The notes under the pieces: model-generated
Seen by the model: the letters and a program-made list of their open reading frames with translations, nothing else
What the model was told of the DNA's origin: nothing
Databases searched by the model: none
Origin: Pseudobdellovibrionaceae bacterium
Lineage (GTDB): Bacteria; Bdellovibrionota; Bdellovibrionia; Bdellovibrionales; JAMPXM01
NCBI GenBank assembly: GCA_947462815.1
Contig: CANHQR010000004.1
Span: forward strand, 13,099-77,098
Direction of reading: 5' to 3'
Length of the DNA stretch: 64,000 nt
Translations under genes and position numbers: made by a program
Shown: positions 20,331 through 29,458 of the stretch, piece by piece
Position numbering within the stretch: position 1 is the first letter of the stretch
Layout: each line of letters opens with the position of its first letter

Positions 20331-21209
20331 TCAGCGCGCCGCGCCCGTACGCGTGCCCGAAACCAAGCGTCCCAGCCCGTAAACCAAGACCGCACTGGCG
20401 GGCATCATCAACGCCATGGTGGGAACCGTTGGCAAGCTTCCATCGCCCCACGAGAGCGAAGTCAAGAAGCCCAATCCAGCCCCCCCAGCTGTGGCCAACA
20501 AAATTCGCCAAGCTAATCCGCGCAAACTTCGATGCCAACGAACGAGAATGACGGGAACAAGAAACAAGCTCGCCAACGTAAACAGCAGTCCTAAAAACTG
20601 TACGGCTCCAGCGATCAATATGAAACTCGCCAGATTCATCGCGAGGTCGACTTGCTGATCTCGGCGCCGCAAGGGTGGCAACTCAAAACTCATGAGATTA
20701 AATGAAATGGCCGTGAGTCTTTTCCAGGCCCAGATCATACCGACTCCGACCGCAAGACCCAAAACAGAGAGCAACTGCGCCTCAGTTTCACTCGACACAG
20801 CGAGGTCGCCAAAGTAGGCCGCCGAAGTGTGGGCCTCGAGGCCCGGCGAAATCGCAATCACGCAGGCGTTCAAAGACATCAGCATACAAAACAGTGCGAT
20901 AAAGTAGGTATTTCTCGATGGCCACTTCGTTCGAATCAGGCGCTGTGAGATGAGACCCATGACCAAGGCAAACAGAAAGCCACTCATCGTCGGCCAGAGA
21001 CTGGGCTCGTGCGGGTGCGTGTGCTCGCCATGCAGGGCCGCCAACAAACCCAGAGCTGAGATCACACCGAGAGAAGCCGACTGACTGACCACCAAAGTCT
21101 GCATGGCTTGCTGCCGCGCCGCGAGCTGCGTGCCAATGAGAGCGAGCGCAGCAGAAACAATCACAGCGGCCACGACGGACCATTTATAAATCCAAATGAG
21201 CTCACTCAC
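20331..21209 (-). CDS. metal ABC transporter permease (ZnuB/MntB-like, divergent)
   Basis: ABC-3-type TM pattern, 'YFGD', His-rich loop HGEHTHPHE. The GTG start at 21209 overlaps the 3' end of the ATPase gene. Confidence 0.8.
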   Translation of the reverse strand: MSELIWIYKWSVVAAVIVSAALALIGTQLAARQQAMQTLVVSQSASLGVISALGLLAALHGEHTHPHEPSLWPTMSGFLFALVMGLISQRLIRTKWPSRNTYFIALFCMLMSLNACVIAISPGLEAHTSAAYFGDLAVSSETEAQLLSVLGLAVGVGMIWAWKRLTAISFNLMSFELPPLRRRDQQVDLAMNLASFILIAGAVQFLGLLFTLASLFLVPVILVRWHRSLRGLAWRILLATAGGAGLGFLTSLSWGDGSLPTVPTMALMMPASAVLVYGLGRLVSGTRTGAAR

Positions 21210-21876
21210 GCGAGGCCTCGACAATTTGAAGACTGGTGTCATTCAAATTCCTTCCTCTGAGTCGAATCACCTTCACGGGAAAATTCTCGCGCAAACTCAC
21301 GGGAATCCGATGTTCTTCGCCATGCGCAACCAGCAAAACCGATGCTCCTCGTCCGAGACTCGCCAAAATCTCCGACCAAAGCGCCTGAGTGGACTCGTGG
21401 TCGAGATGATTGAAAGGCTCATCCAGCAAAAATAGGCGTGACGACGATCGGAAGAGTCGTGTGAGCAAAGCCTTCTGGCGCTCGCCTCCACTCGCCGAAT
21501 CCCATTGCACGTCCCACATATCGGGCTTCAAGATCTCTTGCGTATGTCGTGATTCGCCTTCGCCCAGCTCGACCACCTCACCCAAGGTCAACGGCAAGAA
21601 AAACTGGAGCTGTCCTTGCTGGGGAAGATAGGACACGTCTTCATCATCAAAGCTCAAAGTCAGTTCGATTCTTCCGCTACTCTGACGCCACAGGCCTAAA
21701 ATCGCGCGAAGTAAAGTGGACTTCCCCACTCCATTTGGGCCCTGGACGATCATCAACTCACCTGAATTGAGGTCTGCGCTGATCTCATCGAACATCGGCC
21801 GACCATCAGGACGACGCAGTCGAAAATCTGTCATACGCAGATGCAATGCGGAGCGAGGATCGGCGGACTCTGTCAT
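21202..21876 (-). CDS. metal ABC transporter ATP-binding protein (ZnuC-like)
   Basis: GPNGVGKST, 'YLPQ', 'PLT..EVV', SGGERQK, LLDEP. Confidence 0.88.
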   Translation of the reverse strand: MTESADPRSALHLRMTDFRLRRPDGRPMFDEISADLNSGELMIVQGPNGVGKSTLLRAILGLWRQSSGRIELTLSFDDEDVSYLPQQGQLQFFLPLTLGEVVELGEGESRHTQEILKPDMWDVQWDSASGGERQKALLTRLFRSSSRLFLLDEPFNHLDHESTQALWSEILASLGRGASVLLVAHGEEHRIPVSLRENFPVKVIRLRGRNLNDTSLQIVEASRE

Positions 21877-22934
21877 CTCCCCTTCACCTCAGGCTGAGTC
21901 ACAGACTGCTTCAACACTTCAATGAGCTGTTCAATGTAAAACCGTTGCAGCTTTTCGATGCGATCCAATTTGACATCACCGGATTGAAGCATCACGGGCC
22001 AACGACGATGCGGAACTCCGCTGAGCTCAGAAAACTTTGTCATGGTCGATGCCGGATGATGAGTCGCCGCCAAAGCCACGCGCACACCTTCCGCTGTAGC
22101 CCACTGAGCCGCCTTCGCAATCCGGGCCGCCGAAGGGGGAACGCCGGGCTTTTCTTCAATTGCACCAATGCTGTGCAGACGATAAGCCGCAAACAAGTAA
22201 GTGAAATCCTGATGATACTCCATGAATCGCACCGAGGCTCCTGCACCCAAGGACTGCACCACCGTGGCGAGCTTCGACAACAAGTCCTGATGAAGGCTGG
22301 TCATGCGCTTTTCAAACAGAATGACTTGGGCCGCAATCTTTTGAGCCGAGCCCGGGCGAAGGCGAGCCATACAATCCCCGAGTCGCCGACCCGCCGAAAT
22401 CAAGTGCAAGGGACTCAAATAAAAATGTGGATTACCCGAGGCGTGCACGTCACCCATCGCCCGTGTAATGGGCCCCTGCGGCTTCTGCAGAACTTCGACA
22501 GCCGATCCCAACTCACAGTAACCCGGGCCTCCGACCTGCACTTGTGCGTGGCCACTCTTGGCGAGCACCTTGCTTAGCCACGCGTTCTCCAACTCCAAGC
22601 CTGCAGAAACGATGAGATCAGCTCGTGAGGCTCGCTTCACAAAGGACGGTAGAGCCTCGACAAAATGGGGATCCTCGTTGCCGCGCAACAAAGCCTCCAC
22701 CTCGACACGCAAGCCAGCTTCTCCCCCTGAAAGCTCGCGAGCCATTTCCGCGAACTCAGGCAAGGTGGTGACGATGCGAAGAGGCTCTTCCCCTGAGGCG
22801 ACTGGCGACAGCCAACTCGAGGCACACAAAGCGCCGATCACCAGCCAGGTATTCAATCGGTATCTGGATGCGCGAGGAACCTCGAAGATCGACTTAAAGA
22901 TCGGATTAAAGTCCAAGGCTCTCTCCTCTTTCAT
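21873..22934 (-). CDS. metal ABC substrate-binding protein (ZnuA/TroA cluster A-I)
   Basis: 'IVTT', 'DPHF', 'GLELE..WL', 'GDVH..GNPHFYL', 'YH..F.Y', 'KPGVPPS'. Confidence 0.9.
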   Translation of the reverse strand: MKEERALDFNPIFKSIFEVPRASRYRLNTWLVIGALCASSWLSPVASGEEPLRIVTTLPEFAEMARELSGGEAGLRVEVEALLRGNEDPHFVEALPSFVKRASRADLIVSAGLELENAWLSKVLAKSGHAQVQVGGPGYCELGSAVEVLQKPQGPITRAMGDVHASGNPHFYLSPLHLISAGRRLGDCMARLRPGSAQKIAAQVILFEKRMTSLHQDLLSKLATVVQSLGAGASVRFMEYHQDFTYLFAAYRLHSIGAIEEKPGVPPSAARIAKAAQWATAEGVRVALAATHHPASTMTKFSELSGVPHRRWPVMLQSGDVKLDRIEKLQRFYIEQLIEVLKQSVTQPEVKGR

Positions 22935-23051
22935 CTTCTTTTTTTCTTCTTCTATTTCTTCTTCTTTTTTGGCAGCTCACTAACTTGGCTGAAAATCAGG
23001 CTCTATAGCCATCGATCAGCACGAATCGACCAGCACATAGAATCGACAAGA

Positions 23052-24203
23052 TCAAAAGTCGTGCGCCGGGTGAGCTCCCATAATGTAAACAGCTTGCAGC
23101 ATAAACTGTCGATCGCGTAGATCTCCAGAGCCTTCGGTCGTGTCCACTTCATGAGCATACGCCATGCGAAACAAGAGATACTCACTCGAACGATAAGTGA
23201 ATGTCGGCACAATCGCATAGTCCAGATCCGCTCGCCTTTGACCGTTGGAGGTGAACTTGAGACTCAACTCGGAAAACGCATCGAAGCGACAACCGAAGCT
23301 CCAGTTCGAGTCCCATCCATACTGAGGATAAACATAGGCGCCCACCTGCTGAACATCTTCGGCGCCTGAACGTCGACGCGTTTGCAAGTAGGCCTCGCTC
23401 TGCACCAACCAAGTCAAACGACGGCCCTCGCGAAATTTGTACGTCCAATCGAACCCCGCAAGCTCGGTGATGCTACCTGCCGAATCACTTCGGCGCAAAA
23501 ACGTCGCGCCCAACAGATGTCCGCCCGAAGTATCACTTTCGACGAACCAGGTCGGATGCAAATAAACTAAGGGGTGAATGGGACGCTGACCCTCGGTGTG
23601 ACAATGTCCGAAGCAGTAGCCATTCGTCACGCCGATGGTGAAGTCCACGACGGCATCGGTCGGCAGATTCCAAGTATACTCAAGGCCCGAGTCGGCGGCG
23701 CTCTCGGCTTGTAGAACTCCCGCCCCTGCATTGAAGAACTGTCGATGCACCTTCGGCGCTGTAATGAAGGGCCAATCGTGTTGATGAAACTGATTCAGCC
23801 GCCCCACACCCAATAGGAACTTCCCGAGCTTGAATCGACTTTGAGGAATCAGCTTGCTGGAGCCGACGTAGCCTTCGTGAAGTCCAAAACGAAATTCATC
23901 CGATTCCGTGTGACCTGCGAAAACCAAAACGCCATCGAACATCGGGTCGATGGCTCCAGAAAAGGAAAACTCAGCCGAGCGCGGAACCCAACGATTTTGT
24001 GAGTCTTGATCCAAAGAAAACGGTCCCACAAGATCCACAGCCGCAAAGACATCCATCGGAAGTTGTCGTGGCGCTTCACTCGTCCTGGCGATGGGCGGCT
24101 GAGCCAAGAAGCCAAGCCCCAAGAAAAAGGCGACAGAGAACCAGTGCGCCGCGCGCTTGAGATCCTTCGATTCTGCAAACAATGTCCGAGCTGTGCTTCG
24201 CAT
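23052..24203 (-). CDS. outer-membrane porin-like protein of a metal-uptake operon
   Basis: Signal peptide, alternating beta-strand pattern, 'GRLNQFHQHDWPF', 'CFGHCH', C-terminal 'GAHPAHDF'. At 383 aa it is too short to be a TonB-dependent receptor. Confidence 0.75.
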   Translation of the reverse strand: MRSTARTLFAESKDLKRAAHWFSVAFFLGLGFLAQPPIARTSEAPRQLPMDVFAAVDLVGPFSLDQDSQNRWVPRSAEFSFSGAIDPMFDGVLVFAGHTESDEFRFGLHEGYVGSSKLIPQSRFKLGKFLLGVGRLNQFHQHDWPFITAPKVHRQFFNAGAGVLQAESAADSGLEYTWNLPTDAVVDFTIGVTNGYCFGHCHTEGQRPIHPLVYLHPTWFVESDTSGGHLLGATFLRRSDSAGSITELAGFDWTYKFREGRRLTWLVQSEAYLQTRRRSGAEDVQQVGAYVYPQYGWDSNWSFGCRFDAFSELSLKFTSNGQRRADLDYAIVPTFTYRSSEYLLFRMAYAHEVDTTEGSGDLRDRQFMLQAVYIMGAHPAHDF

Positions 24204-24283
24204 ACGACTCTCGTCAATTCATAGTTGATGTTGAAGGATCCGTTTTGCTCAGCACGAGCTCAATCAAAATGCAGCTCTACGTT

Positions 24284-24970
24284 TCACTCATGACGGTCAC
24301 GAACATCTTGTCGATCTAAGCCCAACAAACTCGCACCGCGCAAGCGAGCGCCCCATTGCACGCCAATTCCCTGCACGGGCAAAAGGTCTTCAAGCAATTC
24401 GTCGCCTTGCGCCTGATTCCACAATACGGCATGCATTTGATCGCCATCATTGTTGTGCACATCCCACCAAAGCTCATGCTCTTGATCCGCACGAAATCGC
24501 GGCAGCAGGTCCGTGTAATCGCGCTCTTCCGATCCAACGATCAAAGCGATCGAGAGCTGATCGGTCCCGACGGGCCGACGAATCCAAAGGTCGACCCCAC
24601 CGTTCAAATCGCTATTGGCGAAGGTTTGAAGGCGCAACTCGCCACCTTCTTCGATCTTGAACTTGAGGTAAAAGTTGTGAGCCGAGTTGGCTTTCAGCAT
24701 CGGCGAGGCCAATCGAATCTGCCCATCGCCTTCGATTTGACCACGGCCCAACTTGAAGTTTGAGCCCGGAAGAATCTCAAACTTGAAACCCCCGAGCTTT
24801 TGATCTTCCGGCAAGGCTTCGGCCGCTTCGCGGTCCGGATTTCGCGAAGACCCGCAGGCCGAGATCGACACGAGGGCGATGCACGCCAGCATCATGACGC
24901 CGACAACACGGATTGTAGGTTTCGACGACTGAAAATGAGCCTTGGGGCTCGAGCCTTTGGAATAAGACAT
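24284..24970 (-). CDS. lipoprotein, hypothetical (metal operon)
   Basis: Lipobox ISAC; 'DVHN...H' and C-terminal 'RHE'. Confidence 0.7.
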   Translation of the reverse strand: MSYSKGSSPKAHFQSSKPTIRVVGVMMLACIALVSISACGSSRNPDREAAEALPEDQKLGGFKFEILPGSNFKLGRGQIEGDGQIRLASPMLKANSAHNFYLKFKIEEGGELRLQTFANSDLNGGVDLWIRRPVGTDQLSIALIVGSEERDYTDLLPRFRADQEHELWWDVHNNDGDQMHAVLWNQAQGDELLEDLLPVQGIGVQWGARLRGASLLGLDRQDVRDRHE

Positions 24971-25066
24971 ATTCTCTCACCTCATGGAGCGTACGATTTC
25001 ACTCTTGCAGGTTCACTCTTGCAGGTAGCGTCGGAACATCGAACTTCGAATCGTTCTGGACAGCGA

Positions 25067-25651
25067 TCAGAATTCACCAGCACCAGCGCGCGTCTGACGA
25101 TGGCAATCGACGTGTGAGCCATGTTGGTGACACGCCATGAAGCTGGTTTGCAATCCAACTCCGGGTTTCTGCCATTCCATTCGGTAGTAGGCGTATGCAC
25201 CCCGCACCCAAAGCTTCAAAGAGACCAATTGCTCGAGCGCGGCAATTTTGCTCGTGAACTCATCCTCTGCGGCCAACAATGTCTCCAGCAGGAGTTGATC
25301 GCTCAGGCGGCGTTGCGAATGCGAATAGGCCTGCGAGGGCAAGCCACCTCCCAACACGCAAGCGGGCGAGCAACGTAGCTCTTGACCCACAATCGAGCTC
25401 GCCGAGTCCGCAACCCACACGCGGACGATCTGCTCGCCACTGGTCGCGTCAATCTGCGAGCTGAGACCCACAAATTCGGTGCCCAACACACGTCCCGTTG
25501 CCGCCAAATAGTTTTGCGCGAAGACCTCGCGAGCTGACCAGCTCGACTCAAACAAATTCGCGGCCGTGGGAGTTTGCGCTCCCGCCGAAGGGGAAACGCT
25601 GAACAAAAGAGCAGCACTCAATATCCAAAATCGATATCCAAGACTTAGCAT
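25067..25651 (-). CDS. secreted His/Cys-motif protein, putative metal-binding
   Basis: Signal peptide (AGA-Q); 'CSPAC' and C-terminal 'CHQHGSHVDCH'. Confidence 0.7.
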   Translation of the reverse strand: MLSLGYRFWILSAALLFSVSPSAGAQTPTAANLFESSWSAREVFAQNYLAATGRVLGTEFVGLSSQIDATSGEQIVRVWVADSASSIVGQELRCSPACVLGGGLPSQAYSHSQRRLSDQLLLETLLAAEDEFTSKIAALEQLVSLKLWVRGAYAYYRMEWQKPGVGLQTSFMACHQHGSHVDCHRQTRAGAGEF

Positions 25652-25740
25652 TTGATCTTTTCCTAGATTGAAGTTTCGTTTTCCGACGGCCCACCCGCGG
25701 GATGCACCATTCTTTATCCGAATCCTAACGCCGTTTCAAC

Positions 25741-25763
25741 TTATTGCGAATGATTTGCAATAA
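25741..25763. promoter_or_regulatory. Fur-family (Zur/Fur) operator-like palindrome
   Basis: TTATTGCgAATgATTtGCAATAA: a 23-bp inverted repeat with one mismatched pair, 90 bp upstream of the first gene of the metal operon. Confidence 0.75.
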
Positions 25764-25901
25764 GGTCCAGCGCTCAAATCGAAGAATTCCGTCCGTCTGA
25801 GGCCCCGCCGTCGACCACCCCGCAGTCCAAGGAGATTAAAATGCTCTTATGGACCCAGACCGCGTTTTGACCCCTCAATCTTCGATCCCGTAAACTGAGG
25901 C

Positions 25902-26690
25902 ATGCTCAATTCCCCATCAACTCCCGACTCCGCGCCACGTCACCTCCATCTTTTCGGCGACAGCCTCATGCGCGGCGATCTGGGGGATGGCTGGTGGCAA
26001 AGGCTCGGAGCGAGCCTAACGCCGACCGAACATTGGCAGATCCAAAACTTTGCACGAAACGGCGAAACCTTTGCGTCGCTCTTGAAGCTCGTCCAGCGGG
26101 ACCAAGAAGCCAACTCACCTCGCTTCGTTGGCGATCTGGCCCTCATCAGCTGTGGCACAAACGATGCTCTCGCCAAAACCTCAACTCCGGCACGAATCGC
26201 TTACAATTTCTATTGGGGGACGCGAGCGAGCTCGCCCGACTCGGTCGCTCTCGCCATGGCGGTCGCTCGACAACTTCGCCAACGCTATCATCGCGTCGGT
26301 CTGTTGCTTCCCCCGTCGCCTCACGTTTCGCAAGAGAGTGGTCGGTTTGGCGAGGAGCTGCGGCATTTGCGTTCGAGCCTCCTGAAAGCCAGGCCTCTCT
26401 TCGAAGCTCAGTCGCAGCTTGAACTTCTCGAGATCAATTCGCCAAAAGATCAATCCGAAGCTCCAACTCACACCGACTTTCCGCAAGGCCTTTCCGCCAT
26501 TGTCCGAGGCTACTTGCGAAAGAAAGTTTTCGCCGAGCCGACGGCCATCGAGTTTTGGCACGATGGCATTCACCTTGGTCGCCAAGGTGGCGACGCCTTT
26601 TTGCAGCTCAGTCTCGATTTCATCACCCGTGCAATTCACAACATGGGTGAGACCACGGAGCTGAACAACGACTCGCATCGCACACCTTGA
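25902..26690 (+). CDS. SGNH/GDSL hydrolase
   Basis: Block I FGDSL, block II 'NFARNGET', block III GTND, block V DGIH. Confidence 0.88.
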   Translation: MLNSPSTPDSAPRHLHLFGDSLMRGDLGDGWWQRLGASLTPTEHWQIQNFARNGETFASLLKLVQRDQEANSPRFVGDLALISCGTNDALAKTSTPARIAYNFYWGTRASSPDSVALAMAVARQLRQRYHRVGLLLPPSPHVSQESGRFGEELRHLRSSLLKARPLFEAQSQLELLEINSPKDQSEAPTHTDFPQGLSAIVRGYLRKKVFAEPTAIEFWHDGIHLGRQGGDAFLQLSLDFITRAIHNMGETTELNNDSHRTP

Positions 26691-28111
26691 AGGGCCGGCC
26701 GTCGCGGAGTCGAAATCGGTACGCGGCTTCCGGGAACAAAACTTCTCACCCTCAGGTCGACCATCTGCAGGCCCCGATGCCGAAGTGTTGCCTCTTCAAA
26801 CTGTCGCCGCATGCTTTCAACCCACTCATCCTGGCGACTCAAATTCATGCTGGGCACTCGCACGGGTTGTCCCACCGTTACCGTTAACGGCGCATCACGC
26901 GTCGATGACAAATGCTCCATGGCGTTTGAGAACACGGGCAGAAGATAGACAGGTCTTGAACCGTTGGCCTCGCTCGACGCCTCGATCGCCAGTCGTCGAG
27001 CCAGAACAAAGGCCCCCGACTTCGTGATCGGCGGAAATCGTGCATGAAAGTAGGGAACTTGGCCCTCCGGAGCAATGCTCACGACGCGTCGGCCTTCCGT
27101 TGTCGATGAAGAAGGATCTAAGGCCATAGACGTCAATCGACGAATGGGATCTCCATCCTCGATGAACACGACATTGCGCTCGCGAGGTCGACCCAACTTG
27201 TAGTGGGGCCAAGATCGCTCAACGGTCAACAAACCCGGAGCCGTGTCGCCAAGCCTTGCCGCCACCCGCTCGGCCATCATCACATCAAACATGGCGTAAT
27301 CATGCGAGAAGGCGAGAACAAAGATGGCGTGACGAGGCGCTTGGCTCAAATCGAAGCCGACATATCGAAGAGCCTCACGGGAATCCGCCCGCGAAAAGGT
27401 ATGATCGGGCAGGCGATGCAGATGCTCAAAGAGTCGGTGACCCCCAACCACGGTGTCCGCAACATAGCGGTAGGGCACAAGGGTTTTCGCTCGGGCCGTT
27501 GGCATCACGAGGTTAAGGTCTTTGATGAGCGGATTCGAGATCAACTCACCCGGTCGGCGCAATACCGACGTCGCGGCCTGCAATCGGCGATCGAGCTCAA
27601 GCCAAACGCTTTCTCTTCGGGAGGCTCCGCTTCCCCATTCGCCCATCTCACGCAATACCTCAAGGCCCGCGTCTAAGGCCTTCACAAAGCCGGCCTCATC
27701 GTTGGCCAGCTGCGCGGCATACTGTTGGCGAAGCTCGGGGGTCGCGGGCGCGCCCGCGAAGAGAACTCGATAGCGCTGGAGAAAGTCTTGCCCTCGCTCG
27801 CGCAGAGCTTGCTGGAAGCTGTGCACCGTTGCTAAGCGAATTTCAATGGCCCGACCACTCTCGATCTCTCGCAGAGAATCGACCAGGTCGCGTTCAACAC
27901 TCTGATCCAACATTTGCAAATAGTTTACAAAGCTCACTTCCCAAGCTGTCGGCTCTCGAGGCTCGTTCGCGTCGGCGATCCACGAGACCCCCAGCGGCGC
28001 CGTGAGACCAACAACTAAGATCAGACTTTTCAATATTCTGGTCGATGTTCTGGTCGATATTTTGGGCGATCGATCGCTGCGCTGTTTGGCGCGGCAAAGT
28101 TTGGCGTTCAT
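26636..28111 (-). CDS. secreted protein with a divergent lysophospholipid-acyltransferase-like C-terminal domain and terminal CxxLF motif
   Basis: Signal peptide (ADA-N); 'SHDYAMFD', 'IAPEG', 'KSGAFVLA', 'LLPV' resemble PlsC blocks I, III and IV; ends GVRCESLF-SSVVSPML. Confidence 0.65.
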   Translation of the reverse strand: MNAKLCRAKQRSDRSPKISTRTSTRILKSLILVVGLTAPLGVSWIADANEPREPTAWEVSFVNYLQMLDQSVERDLVDSLREIESGRAIEIRLATVHSFQQALRERGQDFLQRYRVLFAGAPATPELRQQYAAQLANDEAGFVKALDAGLEVLREMGEWGSGASRRESVWLELDRRLQAATSVLRRPGELISNPLIKDLNLVMPTARAKTLVPYRYVADTVVGGHRLFEHLHRLPDHTFSRADSREALRYVGFDLSQAPRHAIFVLAFSHDYAMFDVMMAERVAARLGDTAPGLLTVERSWPHYKLGRPRERNVVFIEDGDPIRRLTSMALDPSSSTTEGRRVVSIAPEGQVPYFHARFPPITKSGAFVLARRLAIEASSEANGSRPVYLLPVFSNAMEHLSSTRDAPLTVTVGQPVRVPSMNLSRQDEWVESMRRQFEEATLRHRGLQMVDLRVRSFVPGSRVPISTPRRPALQGVRCESLFSSVVSPML

Positions 28112-28112
28112 T

Positions 28113-29171
28113 TCAGCCCCCGGCGGCGGGAAAAAAGAGATGCATGCATTTGAATCCCACCTCGCGGAGACCGCTCAGCCAATCCGATTGCGCAGCACGA
28201 ACTTCAGTGGCCTCCGGGGATCGAAAGACAACCGCCAAGCGACGCCAGAATCCGGCGCGAGAGATCGCGAGCCTCAGACGCTCTTCCGCCTCGGCCAATC
28301 GAGCACCTCGCGCGAGAAGCGCCCAGGCTTCCGAACTCAAATCGGTTTGCGGGATCAACGCGAATTGACTTCTTAACCGCTGTCCCAACCCCGGATTCTC
28401 AGCCAAGCGTTGATCTAAGGCGGCCATCATCATGCGCAAACGCAGGCGCCGATCTGGAGACTCTCGCTGAATCAATCGCATCAACTCGGCATCTTCAAAG
28501 ACTTGAGCGAGTCTCTCCTCCGCACCGACGGCGAAGACGTACGCCCGACCATCGAGGCGAACCTGCAAGGCATCGATTTGCTGGGGAGTCGCACCCAGAA
28601 TTTCTCGCGCTCGAGGCGTCAACAACGGAGCGACACCAGCCTGAGCGCGCTCCGTCGCGGTCAGTCCCATCTGCCGATTGAGGCGACGCTCGCGAATCAA
28701 GCGCTTCACTCTCACATAAGCATAGTCGACAATCTCAACGTCCGCCGGAACAGTGAGCATCACCGCCACGATTTCGTAATAACCCATAGAGATCAGAGTC
28801 GGATAGACCAACACGAAGCGGCTGATCCTCTGCAGGCCATCAATTGCGACGACCTCGGGCGCTTCGATCATCAAGCCTTCGACAAAACGACCTAAACTCT
28901 TCACCTGTCGCAGAGTCTCTCGAGTGTACAGACTCAAACGTCGTCGAACTTCAGTACGCTGTTGGGGTGTCGCGTTTCGCCATTCGGCCCAACGATTCTC
29001 GAGCAGTTCCAGCTCGACCTGTGCACTGATCTCAAGGGCCTGTTCGGCTTGCGCGAAGCGAGTCGCATCGCTCCGGTTTTGCTGCGACACGAGTTCATCA
29101 GCTGAACTCGTGTAGGTCCAACCTCCGAACAGAAACAAAAGCGCCGCAAGGGCTGAGCGGATGAACGCCAA
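28113..29171 (-). CDS. secreted alpha-helical hypothetical protein with terminal CxxLF motif
   Basis: TTG start with RBS gaggag; signal peptide (SSA-D); ends GFKCMHLF-FPAAGG; 1 bp from the next gene. Confidence 0.7.
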   Translation of the reverse strand: MAFIRSALAALLFLFGGWTYTSSADELVSQQNRSDATRFAQAEQALEISAQVELELLENRWAEWRNATPQQRTEVRRRLSLYTRETLRQVKSLGRFVEGLMIEAPEVVAIDGLQRISRFVLVYPTLISMGYYEIVAVMLTVPADVEIVDYAYVRVKRLIRERRLNRQMGLTATERAQAGVAPLLTPRAREILGATPQQIDALQVRLDGRAYVFAVGAEERLAQVFEDAELMRLIQRESPDRRLRLRMMMAALDQRLAENPGLGQRLRSQFALIPQTDLSSEAWALLARGARLAEAEERLRLAISRAGFWRRLAVVFRSPEATEVRAAQSDWLSGLREVGFKCMHLFFPAAGG

Positions 29172-29458
29172 AAGAACTCCTCAACGAAGTTATGACCTCG
29201 CACTTCGGACGACGCTGCATTCGCCGAAAGCCACAATCAGGGGCGGACCACACCCGATGGGAAATTGAATCCCGCGCAAGCCATCACAAAGGCTGCAAAC
29301 TTTGAGCTGTTTCCATGGGGTGATCGTGATGCAACCCATTCGTTTTGGGGAGACCCGAGGCGGCGGATTCGCCTCGCAAGAATTGATTTTTTCTCCTGAT
29401 CTTGAGGACTTAAGTTTCTAGGGGGCGCATCCCGAATCGAATTGAAAGAGCTAACCCC

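Noticed and set aside
22921-22972. pyrimidine-rich tract upstream of the znuA-like gene
   Set aside because: Low-complexity A/G-rich leader on the coding strand, with no ORF or structure to support a feature.
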